From IMG/VR virus record IMGVR_UViG_3300049926_000118, positions 1 to 56,756 of that record: a stretch of 56,756 bases of DNA. One strand, given 5' to 3'. Origin of the DNA: a virus. Lineage: Duplodnaviria > Caudoviricetes. The notes under the pieces were generated by a model. It had not been told where the DNA came from and did no database searches. It worked only from the letters and a program-made list of their open reading frames with translations. Of the stretch, positions 38,249 through 47,529 are shown one piece after another. A program made the position numbers and the translations under genes. The first letter of the stretch is position 1. Each line of letters begins with the position of its first letter.

Positions 38249-38907
38249 ATCAATATTTTCTTCATTTCATTTACAATATTTGTGATTTCTTCTATAGCCT
38301 GTGTATTACCTGTATCAAAAACAGTTTTTCCTTGAGATACATTTTCCATATAGGCAACTCTTTGTGTAGTAGAACTCTCCATAACAGGTAACCCTAATTC
38401 CCTAAGAGCAGGAAATACTTCTTTACCTAAAGAGGTATTTGCTATTTTACGATTAACGCAAAAATAAGCTTTAGGCTTGCCATCCATTGCTTCTTGTCTT
38501 GCTTTTATGATATCAACTAAATCTATAGTAGCCAAAATATCATATGGCGAAGGTTGAACAGGTACGATTATAAGATCAGAGCATTTAATAGCCGCTATAG
38601 CCATTTCTCTTATTTGCGGAACTCCATCGATAATGACCCAATCAAACCCACCGGATATTTTTTTTAAATCCTTTTCTAGAGTAGGTCTATCCATCCCTAT
38701 TACTGTTAATTCACTATTGCCAGCATTATGCCAATCTCTAGCGGAACCTTGCGTATCCGAATCGACAAGTAATACTTTGCTACCACTTAAATGTAACTTA
38801 GTAGCTATATTAGTAGCTAAGGTAGTTTTTCCCACTCCTCCTTTTTGATTTAGAAGAGCAACTACAAAAGGTAATTGATGACTATGCCATATAATATCTG
38901 GACTCAA
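38245..38907 (-). CDS. parA: Type Ib ParA partition ATPase
   Basis: NQKGGVGKTT, VDSD.QGSA.DW, VIIDG.P, PVQPSPYD; no N-terminal HTH; AAGGAG RBS before TTG. Confidence 0.92.
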   Translation of the reverse strand: MSPDIIWHSHQLPFVVALLNQKGGVGKTTLATNIATKLHLSGSKVLLVDSDTQGSARDWHNAGNSELTVIGMDRPTLEKDLKKISGGFDWVIIDGVPQIREMAIAAIKCSDLIIVPVQPSPYDILATIDLVDIIKARQEAMDGKPKAYFCVNRKIANTSLGKEVFPALRELGLPVMESSTTQRVAYMENVSQGKTVFDTGNTQAIEEITNIVNEMKKILI

Positions 38908-38954
38908 AATATTTCTCCTTTATTTAATCATGATAATACGATAGTAGGATCTAT

Positions 38955-39048
38955 CATACACGTATGCAGTAATATTACAACAGTAATATGCACATACACT
39001 TGTATATTAGTGCATTTACAGATCAATATATTCGTGTGCACATATATG
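38955..39048. promoter_or_regulatory. Candidate par centromere/operator upstream of parA
   Basis: Degenerate short repeats (cagtaatat x2, catacac x2, tgcacata x2). Confidence 0.35.
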
Positions 39049-39184
39049 TTATAATATCTCAATAGATTTTAAAGTTGCAAAAATACACATAATCATCAAA
39101 ATAATTGTTCTGGCTTAGGTTTTGAATTTGGATCCTTTTTAAAGTTATAGTTTATTGGAAATAAACAACAGATAAGGAATAGAC

Positions 39185-40513
39185 ATGCTAATCACTTCTA
39201 GAAATAAAGGAAGATATTTAACTAAAAACCAAAAACAATCTGCCGCCTTATTACAGATAGGTACTTTCTTAGAGTACTTTGATTTAATGCTATATGTACA
39301 TATGTCGGTAGTTTTAAATGAGTTGTTTTTTCCTAAGACCGACTCTTACACTTCCCAGCTAATAACAGCATCTACTTTTTGCACTACTTTTGTTTTAAGA
39401 CCATTTGGAGCTCTCTTTTTTGGATATTTAGGAGATACACGAGGGCGTAAATTAACTGTGGTGATAACCACATTTGCAATGGCTATAGCATGTTTGGTTA
39501 TGGGTTTTCTTCCTACATACGCAGAGATAGGAATTCAAGCTACTTATATAATGATATTATGTAAAATAGTGCAGGGGATGTCATCCATGGAGGAAGCTGT
39601 AGGTGCAGAGATATATTTAACTGAATCATCGAGTCCTCCAATTCAATACCCACTTGTTAATTCTATTACTATTTGTTCGGCATTAGGTGGAACATGTGCC
39701 CTAGGTGTAGCGGCGTTAGTAACTAATTATAACTTTAATTGGAGATGGGCGTTTTTTGCCGGTACAGTAATTGCATTAGCTGGAACAATTGCAAGATCAA
39801 CCCTGAGAGAGACCCCTGAATTTATTGAAGCAAAACGCAATCAAACCAAAAAAGTTGCTAAATTAAATGAGAGGAAAAATAAAAAGAAAGTTGTTGATCG
39901 AAAAGAAAAGATCCATAAGAAAACAATGCTATATTATTTTCTTATCCAATGCGCCAGACCCGTACTGTTCTATTTTTCATATGTATATAGCATAGATATA
40001 TTAAAAGGTAGTTTTCACTGTAGTACTGACTATATAGTTGTATATCTTTTTTATCTAGCCTTAGTAGATCTAGTTGGAATAATCATACCTACTTACTTAA
40101 GTTATAGAATTGATCCTCTAAAGATATTAAAGGTAAAAACCTATATCTTTGGAGTATTTATTTTATTCTTCCCGTATCTTCTAACAAAAGCCAGTTCGCC
40201 ATTAGAGCTGTTTTATATTCAAAGCTTTTTTGTTTTATTTCGTATTGATAGCTCACCTGCAGCTCCTATATTTTATAGCCATTTCCCGGTACTCAAAAGA
40301 TTTACCTATGCCGGGGTTATGTATGCCGTTTCAAGAGCTCTTTTGTATATAATAACATCATATGGTTTTGTAATTCTCATAAAATATCTTGGATATAGTG
40401 GAATGTTAGTTATAATGCTACCTACGATAATAGGCTTTTATTTTTCTATCAGATATTTTCAGAAACTGACTAGAGAAAAAGAAGTGGAACGGAAACTAAA
40501 AAGCTTTATTTAG
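39185..40513 (+). CDS. MFS transporter, ProP-like (MHS family)
   Basis: GTFLEYFD.MLY, RPFGALFFGYLGD..GRK, LPTYAEIG, WRWAF, LRETPEF; about 12 TM segments. Confidence 0.9.
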   Translation: MLITSRNKGRYLTKNQKQSAALLQIGTFLEYFDLMLYVHMSVVLNELFFPKTDSYTSQLITASTFCTTFVLRPFGALFFGYLGDTRGRKLTVVITTFAMAIACLVMGFLPTYAEIGIQATYIMILCKIVQGMSSMEEAVGAEIYLTESSSPPIQYPLVNSITICSALGGTCALGVAALVTNYNFNWRWAFFAGTVIALAGTIARSTLRETPEFIEAKRNQTKKVAKLNERKNKKKVVDRKEKIHKKTMLYYFLIQCARPVLFYFSYVYSIDILKGSFHCSTDYIVVYLFYLALVDLVGIIIPTYLSYRIDPLKILKVKTYIFGVFILFFPYLLTKASSPLELFYIQSFFVLFRIDSSPAAPIFYSHFPVLKRFTYAGVMYAVSRALLYIITSYGFVILIKYLGYSGMLVIMLPTIIGFYFSIRYFQKLTREKEVERKLKSFI

Positions 40514-40519
40514 GTATAT

Positions 40520-40681
40520 ATGCAATACACAGGAACTACTAATTATATTCTTAATGTAGAATCCTACGATGGTAAAGTAAAAAAATATAAGTTGCCTATA
40601 ACATTAAGAGATAGAATATTTCTTACGTCCGAGACAGTTAATTTTGGCAAAGAACTACAAGAACTAATTGATAAGGAATAA
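40520..40681 (+). CDS. Small hypothetical protein (not in ORF track)
   Basis: 53 aa MQYTGTTNYILNVESYDGK... after AGGT. Confidence 0.35.
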   Translation: MQYTGTTNYILNVESYDGKVKKYKLPITLRDRIFLTSETVNFGKELQELIDKE

Positions 40682-40719
40682 TTTCAGTTGTTCGGGATTA
40701 TCGAATAACTAAAATTAAG

Positions 40720-41175
40720 TTATTTTCTTAATTTTAGAAGGTCAGCCACTTGTGCAACTAGCTTTTTACATTCGTTTTGAACATATTTGATATCTCTATA
40801 AATATCATTTTTTAATTTATGTTTTAAACTTTGTTTTGAATAAATAAAGTTGTACTCTTCTGCAAATTGAAAAGGTGCTAAATCACGTGCGTGCCCGCAA
40901 TCAAAACCAATAGCAAATGAAGAATTAATATATTTAAATGTGAGTTCGTCACAGAAACTAACTCCCCCATGGACATCAAAATCGTCAATTATTGATACTA
41001 ATAATTCTATCTCTTCCTTAGTTATTATTACATATCCACATAAAAACCCTAATTCAACACTTCTATTAATACAATAATCCAATCCCGTGTTTTTATCAGT
41101 ATAGTAAGCAAAATCAGGCTCGTCTTTCCAGGGATATGCTACACCTTGTTCGTCATATTCAGGTAATTTTATCAT
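40720..41175 (-). CDS. Conserved-type phage hypothetical protein
   Basis: G.LCGYV, VHGGV.F, IGFDC.H..D motifs. Confidence 0.7.
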   Translation of the reverse strand: MIKLPEYDEQGVAYPWKDEPDFAYYTDKNTGLDYCINRSVELGFLCGYVIITKEEIELLVSIIDDFDVHGGVSFCDELTFKYINSSFAIGFDCGHARDLAPFQFAEEYNFIYSKQSLKHKLKNDIYRDIKYVQNECKKLVAQVADLLKLRK

Positions 41176-41214
41176 TCTTGTTCTTCTAATAGCATTTCTA
41201 ATTCTTTAGCTACT

Positions 41215-41709
41215 TTATCTAAATTCATAGTATTCATTCATAGTATTCATCAAATAATTCATATAAAACTCAGCTGCACTAGGTGGAATGCCAAAATATT
41301 CTCCTATCTTCTTACAACTAAAGTTTGATTTTTCAGCTAATTCCTGACCAATTTTAACAAAAGTTTCTCTTGGCATTAAAAAAGCGCACGCGCGTAATGT
41401 TGCTATATCATTAGCCGGAGTTTCTTCTTCAAAAAACAAATTCATTACTATCATAGTTATGACAGTATTTATGTGTAGAAGATCCATTTTCTTGTTAATT
41501 ATTGGTTTTCGTGGTGTATAAATAGTTATACAAAATACTCCATTTTCTCTTCCTATTTTACCTCCTAGAGAATCAGCAATTTCTTCAATTATCTTTATGT
41601 CCAGTTCTTCTGCGAACTCTCTAATAGGAAACGGATAAGTATCCTTGTATTTCTCAAAGATTTCCTTCTCTCTAAGAGACATCCTAGCTACAATATCGGC
41701 TCTATCCAT
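41215..41709 (-). CDS. ImmA/IrrE-like protein lacking the HEXXH motif
   Basis: P.PI..FAEEL.I, A.AFLMP, ..YFG(I/V)...A pattern; expected HELGH position reads TMIVM. Confidence 0.5.
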   Translation of the reverse strand: MDRADIVARMSLREKEIFEKYKDTYPFPIREFAEELDIKIIEEIADSLGGKIGRENGVFCITIYTPRKPIINKKMDLLHINTVITMIVMNLFFEEETPANDIATLRACAFLMPRETFVKIGQELAEKSNFSCKKIGEYFGIPPSAAEFYMNYLMNTMNEYYEFR

Positions 41710-41835
41710 ATTATTTACTTCCTTTTAAGAATTGCAACTTTGTACAAAGAACTTTTCTTATAAATCATATTATGTTATATCTCAAGACTTAAATTAGTAT
41801 AAAAACTCTTATGAAAATTTTGATTAACTTAATAA

Positions 41836-42036
41836 GTGAACCAAAATAATAATATATTATCTTCCTTATCAATCAATTATCCTGCTGATTTAGCTAATAA
41901 TCTTTACAATAAATGGCAATACGAAGGATATGTAAAAGCTTCAAAATATAAGATATTTCATCCGATAATGAGAGATAATTTTGTTGATGACTATATTGAG
42001 AAGCAACTAAGGGAATTTTTCAGCAAGGAAAAATAA
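41836..42036 (+). CDS. Hypothetical protein
   Basis: 66-aa ORF, first of a plus-strand cluster. Confidence 0.35.
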   Translation: MNQNNNILSSLSINYPADLANNLYNKWQYEGYVKASKYKIFHPIMRDNFVDDYIEKQLREFFSKEK

Positions 42037-42045
42037 GAAGGATGA

Positions 42046-42279
42046 ATGATGAATTTTAGAGAATTTATAATATGTACAGTCATAACGACTTTAATAATTG
42101 TTTTTATTATTAGCTGTTTGGTATATTTTCCTCTTTACATGTTATTTGATGCTCCAAAGTGGGTATTTAAAGCGATATGGTGGTTCAATTTTTTGTATTT
42201 TGGTTTAGATGTGATTAGACATAATTATAAAAAATATAAAATTAAAACTCCAATAAATAAAGAATCATCAAATGATTAG
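42046..42279 (+). CDS. Small two-TM membrane protein
   Basis: Two hydrophobic segments, basic tail, AAGGA RBS. Confidence 0.55.
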   Translation: MMNFREFIICTVITTLIIVFIISCLVYFPLYMLFDAPKWVFKAIWWFNFLYFGLDVIRHNYKKYKIKTPINKESSND

Positions 42280-42715
42280 TAGATTAATGTATAATGTAGA
42301 AATAACATGCACCCCCACTTATTTTGGCGATAAAGATTTGGCGATAAAAGAATTTTATGGTATTTTAAAAAATCGTCAACACGAAGTAGTAAATAAAATA
42401 GGTATCACATTAGTTTATTTAGGAATAAAGCCGGTTGATATAGCATGCGCATTGGGAACTTATGTAAATAATAAAAAAGAGAAACTTTATGTGAGAGCTT
42501 CTATAAGGGGGAGGGGATTATCGTATAATCTTTATGATTTTGAATATATAAAAGAACAAGTTGAAAAAACCTTAAGTGAAGAGTACTCCTTCAGACCAGG
42601 AGAATTATCTGTAAATGTATATTTAAACGAAATAAATTTATTAACTTACAGGATAGAATCTTTAAAAGCATGGTTTAACTATATCCGGTATGGTTTAACT
42701 GCACTAGAACCCTAA
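42272..42715 (+). CDS. Hypothetical protein
   Basis: 147-aa ORF overlapping upstream gene by 8 nt. Confidence 0.55.
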   Translation: MISRLMYNVEITCTPTYFGDKDLAIKEFYGILKNRQHEVVNKIGITLVYLGIKPVDIACALGTYVNNKKEKLYVRASIRGRGLSYNLYDFEYIKEQVEKTLSEEYSFRPGELSVNVYLNEINLLTYRIESLKAWFNYIRYGLTALEP

Positions 42716-42740
42716 TTCTTAAAACCTACTAATCTTAAAT

Positions 42741-43046
42741 ATGACAAACGAAGAAGAATATTACCAAAAAATCATTATAAATCACAACAGCTTGAGAATA
42801 AGTGAGCAATTCAATAACTTAAAAAGGTTTTTGAATATGTATAATTCCTTACTACATGATGCAATAGCTTGGAATAGTTATGAGGAGGAATTTTATACGC
42901 TTGTAATAAACCAGATAAAAGACCAATTAGATAATATTGCACAACTTAATGATCTTATTGAGGATAACTGGATAAAATTAGATAGATTTTTGGAGAAAGA
43001 AAAAGAGATCGCACAAGATAAAAACGCACCTAACAAAAAAAGATGA
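42741..43046 (+). CDS. Hypothetical helical protein
   Basis: 101-aa ORF, ATGA-coupled to next. Confidence 0.5.
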   Translation: MTNEEEYYQKIIINHNSLRISEQFNNLKRFLNMYNSLLHDAIAWNSYEEEFYTLVINQIKDQLDNIAQLNDLIEDNWIKLDRFLEKEKEIAQDKNAPNKKR

Positions 43047-43390
43047 TTATGAAAAGGAAAATGAAGATTCCAAAAAAAACTACTACTGATTTTGTTACAT
43101 ATAAAAAAGCTTTGAGCATGTTAGAGGAGAGTATGCCTTGTATACCTATATCTAATATTGAAGATTTATTGCAACAAGAGGTAGAAAATGGAAGGCTACC
43201 AATTTATGAATTAGTAAGAGCCGATAAATTAGGTAATCCTTGCACAGAGAGATTTCAGCAAATGAGTGCTGAATTTCTTGCTTATCGTACTCCTACTACA
43301 TTTTTAGTTTGTTTGGCATATGTAAGAGTTGATGATTTGCAAAAAGCTTTTGAGCAGATAAATAAATCTAAAAAAGAATTAACTTCTTAA
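43043..43390 (+). CDS. Hypothetical protein
   Basis: 115-aa ORF. Confidence 0.5.
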   Translation: MIMKRKMKIPKKTTTDFVTYKKALSMLEESMPCIPISNIEDLLQQEVENGRLPIYELVRADKLGNPCTERFQQMSAEFLAYRTPTTFLVCLAYVRVDDLQKAFEQINKSKKELTS

Positions 43391-43580
43391 CCCAAATACC
43401 CTACTAAAAAGATCGACTTTCCATAAGGTAGGTTATGTAATAGTTTTTGGTTAAAACTTTTTAACGAATTGTCTTGGTTTTTTAGATATGGTGAGTCTGA
43501 TATAATGAGTTTTAGAAGGGGGCGTGACTTAACTGCAGCTACCACGCCTAAAAATATTTTAGGCTAATTAATTGAACGTG

Positions 43581-43790
43581 TCAATTATAAAGTTGCGTAA
43601 TCTTTTTAATAACCCAATCAATAAGCAACCCACTAATAATTATCTTCATAAAGATATCCAGTTGTTCTTTGTCAAAAAAATGGACTATCTCGGGAGATAT
43701 TACATGCCACAATACTATAATAAACCCTATTATAAGGAATAAATACCATCCTATTACAAACAATTTATATAAAAATTCTTTAAGGCTCAT
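43581..43790 (-). CDS. Small two-TM membrane protein
   Basis: Two hydrophobic helices. Confidence 0.5.
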   Translation of the reverse strand: MSLKEFLYKLFVIGWYLFLIIGFIIVLWHVISPEIVHFFDKEQLDIFMKIIISGLLIDWVIKKITQLYN

Positions 43791-44050
43791 TTTAATGATT
43801 TATTATCAGCTAAATCTTCGATGAAAAATTCTAATATCATATCTATTCTCCTTAAATTATTAACTTAGCAATACTCCTACATCTCTAACTTCCTCTAGGA
43901 GTCTTTGCTTTTTTTCCTCTTCTTTCAATCAGTAAAATCTTTCAAGAGCTTCATTCGGAGATAATTCTGATACAGAAACCTTACTCCAATCGTCATCTTT
44001 TATTGTTTTAACTTTCTTAGGTTTGTTCATAAAGTTCTCCAGCCCATTTT

Positions 44051-44137
44051 ACGACGCCGTGTCGAGTTAACTCAATCCTGCAATACGACGCAGTCACGGC
44101 GCGTGAGTATTATAGCATTCTTTAATTGGCTTCTCAA
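44051..44137 (-). promoter_or_regulatory. Sigma70 promoter followed by GC-rich structured leader
   Basis: TTGAGA-17-TATAAT with TG extension (44137-44109); three-stem junction 44055-44101. Confidence 0.55.
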
Positions 44138-44167
44138 GATCCTATTTAATATTTCTTTTTCTAACCC

Positions 44168-44461
44168 TTATTGATATTCATTTGCTAACTCCTTATCTAC
44201 TTTTTTAAGATATTCTTCTAAATTTATTATCTTGAAGGAAGATATATCTTTCCCAGTATAAAAAATACGTATTTTAAAATAAATACCTTTAATTTTAATT
44301 TCTTTTGATAGAACTGATATTTTATGAATAGTCTTTCCCTGTTTTTCATAAGAGTTGAGCTCTTTTTCTAGAGAAAATTCTAGTTTATTAAATAAAGTTT
44401 CTATACATTCTATAGTATCTTCATTTAAAAAACCAATATCATGATTTTTATCGTCGCTCAT
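44168..44461 (-). CDS. Hypothetical protein
   Basis: 97-aa ORF with AAGGA RBS. Confidence 0.5.
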   Translation of the reverse strand: MSDDKNHDIGFLNEDTIECIETLFNKLEFSLEKELNSYEKQGKTIHKISVLSKEIKIKGIYFKIRIFYTGKDISSFKIINLEEYLKKVDKELANEYQ

Positions 44462-44468
44462 TTAGTCC

Positions 44469-44597
44469 TTATTCAGTAAATTTTTTTATCATGCTATTTA
44501 ATTTTCTTATTTCTTTAGTGTTGTCTAAAATCAGAGACAAAAGCGATGTGAATCCTACAGTTAATATTAATATTACTACCTTAAAACCATTATTCAT
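44469..44597 (-). CDS. Small single-TM protein (not in ORF track)
   Basis: 42 aa MNNGFKVVILILTVGFTSLLSLILDNTKEIRKLNSMIKKFTE; abuts upstream stop. Confidence 0.45.
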   Translation of the reverse strand: MNNGFKVVILILTVGFTSLLSLILDNTKEIRKLNSMIKKFTE

Positions 44598-44771
44598 CTA
44601 CGTATCCCTCGGCATTTGGTGCGCTACCTGTTCTATGCGATTAAGTATGCAGTCTATCCTTCTATTAAACTTTTTAAAATCAGCGTATATCTCATTAATC
44701 CTTGTTGCAAATATAATAGAGGCTAGAAGTATTCCGAGCAAAAAAACTGTCGTCATCTTTAGGTAATCCAT
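44598..44771 (-). CDS. Small single-TM protein (not in ORF track)
   Basis: 57 aa MDYLKMTTVFLLGILLASIIFATRINE...; GAGGAG RBS. Confidence 0.5.
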   Translation of the reverse strand: MDYLKMTTVFLLGILLASIIFATRINEIYADFKKFNRRIDCILNRIEQVAHQMPRDT

Positions 44772-44783
44772 TTATGCATCTCC

Positions 44784-45542
44784 TCAAGATATAGCACATT
44801 TATCAGAATCTTCAACAGGACTCTCTGGTGCTACCTCACCTGCAAGAGATGTCTCATTATGAGGTGCATTAAGGGTAAGATCAGAAATCTCAGGCACATC
44901 CTGCTCATTGTCATAAGGAGGAGGAACGGCAATATTAACTTTATTATCTCCCTCTTGTTCTGAGGTTTCATTGGGTAGTTTAGTTTCTTCCGGCGCCTTT
45001 CTAGCTTTTTCTAGTTCCAGCTTTAATGCTTCGTTTTCTTCGGTAATACGTTGAATGGTTTCATCATCAACTTTGTTTTTTTCTAAAACTATATCATGTC
45101 TCCTTTTTAAGGAGGTGTCTTCTTTTACTAACTGTTTGTTACGTTCTAATTCTTCTCGTTGTAACTCTTCAGCTTTTATTCGATCTCGTTGCTCGGCTTC
45201 TAGCTGTTCCTTTGCCACTTGTTTAATCCGTTCTAATTCTTCTTGATGGCGTTGATGAGACTTTTCTCTTGCCGTTTTTTCTAAGCTATATAATTCTGCT
45301 GCTTTTTCTTTTTCGGCTCTTTCCTTAATAAGAGCGATATTATCCGGTGCAGGATATACAATAGTCTTTTGAATATATATAGGTGTAGGAGACGGAACCA
45401 ATGATTGTACAGGTAACTTAACTGTAGCACTCGGTTTCTCCTCTGATGATCTTCTTGCTATTTGGGCTGCAATAGCTTTCTCTTGCTGTTCTCTCTCTCT
45501 GATAGCTTTTGCAGCGTGTTGTTGTAAAAGTGCTTTGCTCAT
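44784..45542 (-). CDS. Coiled-coil protein with PPPY motif and C-terminal CaaX box (candidate eukaryote-targeted effector)
   Basis: E/K/R-rich coiled coil, VPPPYD, acidic tail ending DKCAIS-stop; GGGAG RBS. Confidence 0.6.
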   Translation of the reverse strand: MSKALLQQHAAKAIREREQQEKAIAAQIARRSSEEKPSATVKLPVQSLVPSPTPIYIQKTIVYPAPDNIALIKERAEKEKAAELYSLEKTAREKSHQRHQEELERIKQVAKEQLEAEQRDRIKAEELQREELERNKQLVKEDTSLKRRHDIVLEKNKVDDETIQRITEENEALKLELEKARKAPEETKLPNETSEQEGDNKVNIAVPPPYDNEQDVPEISDLTLNAPHNETSLAGEVAPESPVEDSDKCAIS

Positions 45543-45763
45543 AAAACTCCCTCATTCTGCATTTTTTGTTTAAGATCATTCCATAGTTCGATAGTTTTTT
45601 TAAATGATGGATTAGTAGTATTGGGCTGACCACAAATATGACCTAACGCAAATCCTTTCGCAAAAAACTCAGCGGCTTCTCCAACAAGACCCGATACTGT
45701 TGCCATAGTAAATCCTTCGGCTATTAGTTTTTCTTCTTCTCTGGTTAGATTGTATGTACTCAT
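45539..45763 (-). CDS. Hypothetical protein
   Basis: 74 aa, 4-nt overlaps with both neighbours. Confidence 0.55.
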   Translation of the reverse strand: MSTYNLTREEEKLIAEGFTMATVSGLVGEAAEFFAKGFALGHICGQPNTTNPSFKKTIELWNDLKQKMQNEGVL

Positions 45764-46080
45764 AAACTATCTCCATATTCTATACCTAAGTATTGGAATG
45801 TTATTTTGCATACTTCAATAAAAAGTTCATCAGTTAAAGTAACTGTTCCTTTGTTTAAGGTAAAACCTTTTATATAACCAGTGAAATATGCATGAGCTTC
45901 TTTATTATTATCTAATAACTCGTGAAATTTATCTACCATAGTTTTTGTCTGTTCACTCATAGCATGTGTATAGCCCGCTGCCCAGATTTCCTTTGCCTCA
46001 CTAGAAAGTGATGCGGGTGCTAGCCATAGACCTTGTGCTTTTGGTGCGTAGATATCGTTATTGTCCATTTCCATGCTCAT
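45760..46080 (-). CDS. Hypothetical protein
   Basis: 106 aa; weak resemblance to 45539..45763. Confidence 0.55.
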   Translation of the reverse strand: MSMEMDNNDIYAPKAQGLWLAPASLSSEAKEIWAAGYTHAMSEQTKTMVDKFHELLDNNKEAHAYFTGYIKGFTLNKGTVTLTDELFIEVCKITFQYLGIEYGDSL

Positions 46081-46508
46081 GATATAATATAAAAATGGGC
46101 TATTTCCCCCTTAAGCAAATAACCCATTTTTTATGGTATAGAAATTTAGGAGGATTGTAAATTATATTTCGAGGAGGGTTATTGACAATCTCCATTATCT
46201 ATAGCATATTTCAACCATGATAGTTAGAATTAAACTTTTTCATATTTCTCTCTATTTACACTAAATGATCTAAATAGTTAAAGTATACTATACATAAATG
46301 ACCTAAATAGTTTATAAACCGAATAGATTGAATAAATACTTACCTAATTTTAATGTAGAGCACACCCCCAACAGAAAAAGGGGAGCAAGTATAAAAAACA
46401 TAAAGCTAATACCGGCTAGTATCTTTGTAGATTCATCAAAAGCATTTTTCCAATTCATATTATCACCTTATCTAAATCTTGTGTATCCATTGTTGGCGCA
46501 TAAAACTC

Positions 46509-46778
46509 CTAATAATCGTCAATTATTTTATCTATTAACTTTTCGGCTGTATCTTTATTGAGTCCGTTTGCAGTTATAAAGTCATCGTTTAATACTTTGG
46601 TTTTTAGTATTATCCTCATATACTCCTTATCATGTAAGTTGCGTTTCATCTCTTTAAAATATTCAATCATTGCAGATTTTTCTTTATCCGAAAGTTTTGG
46701 GTCTGCATGTACTGAGTATAATTCCGAATCCGGGTTAATTCCATCCTCTACAAATGCTCGAAAAGAAATATCATTCAT
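46509..46778 (-). CDS. Hypothetical protein
   Basis: 89-aa charged ORF. Confidence 0.5.
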   Translation of the reverse strand: MNDISFRAFVEDGINPDSELYSVHADPKLSDKEKSAMIEYFKEMKRNLHDKEYMRIILKTKVLNDDFITANGLNKDTAEKLIDKIIDDY

Positions 46779-46971
46779 ATCAATTTATTGATTTATTGAT
46801 TTAATTAATACAACTAGCATTATAACGTAAATTTAAATATTCGCTAGCATCTTTAGCTTGGTCTTTTGGATTTACTATACGCCAGTCAAGACGATCATAG
46901 TATAATATGTTTCCTAACAACCCTGCGTCAGTAACAATAGAATTGATTAAATCTTGTTTTTCTGTGTCCAT

Positions 46972-47529
46972 TCATTCCTTATTATTACTAATTATACTAT
47001 TGATCACACCGAACTTCTCTTTTAATTGATCCGGACTCATTTGCCTAAAGTTATTGCCGTTATCAGTAGTACCATTTTCAATATTAGCTTGGGTTACTGC
47101 TAATGCTGCTAATTGAGACGCTTCTTGTGTAGATAACTCGCCACTACTTATACCTTGCCATACCGCTTCTAAACGATTAGCTGGCGTCTCTTTATGTTTA
47201 GTCTCTATTCTAGTTTTAAAGTACTGATAGCGATTCTTCATTACAGTCGACCAGTATCCAAAATTAAAATTATCTGCATTAATTTGAGGGTATTTCTCAA
47301 ACTTTCGAGCACCAATACATAGGGCTATGTCGTATGCTTCCTTGAAATTCTCGTGATCTCTAAGCCAATTATAGAAAGTTTTTCGAGTTATTAAAGCTTC
47401 CGCACAAAAAGCATATAGAGATTCCTCATTTGCAAATACTTTATATAGTAAAGCTATATGCTTCTCTTCGTCATATGGAGTTGGTCTCCCTCTTTTAAAA
47501 TGCTCTATGAATTCTTTTTCGTTAGTCAT
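46972..47529 (-). CDS. Putative terminase small subunit
   Basis: GRPTPY, HTH-like ITRKTFYNW...H..F.EAY, W...MKNR; start placed at ATG 47529. Confidence 0.65.
   Translation of the reverse strand: MTNEKEFIEHFKRGRPTPYDEEKHIALLYKVFANEESLYAFCAEALITRKTFYNWLRDHENFKEAYDIALCIGARKFEKYPQINADNFNFGYWSTVMKNRYQYFKTRIETKHKETPANRLEAVWQGISSGELSTQEASQLAALAVTQANIENGTTDNGNNFRQMSPDQLKEKFGVINSIISNNKE

Noticed and set aside
44051-44105. SAM-II riboswitch
   Set aside because: Shares CGUAUUGCA with a known example but lacks the GAUUU and GCUAAA elements and the pseudoknot layout
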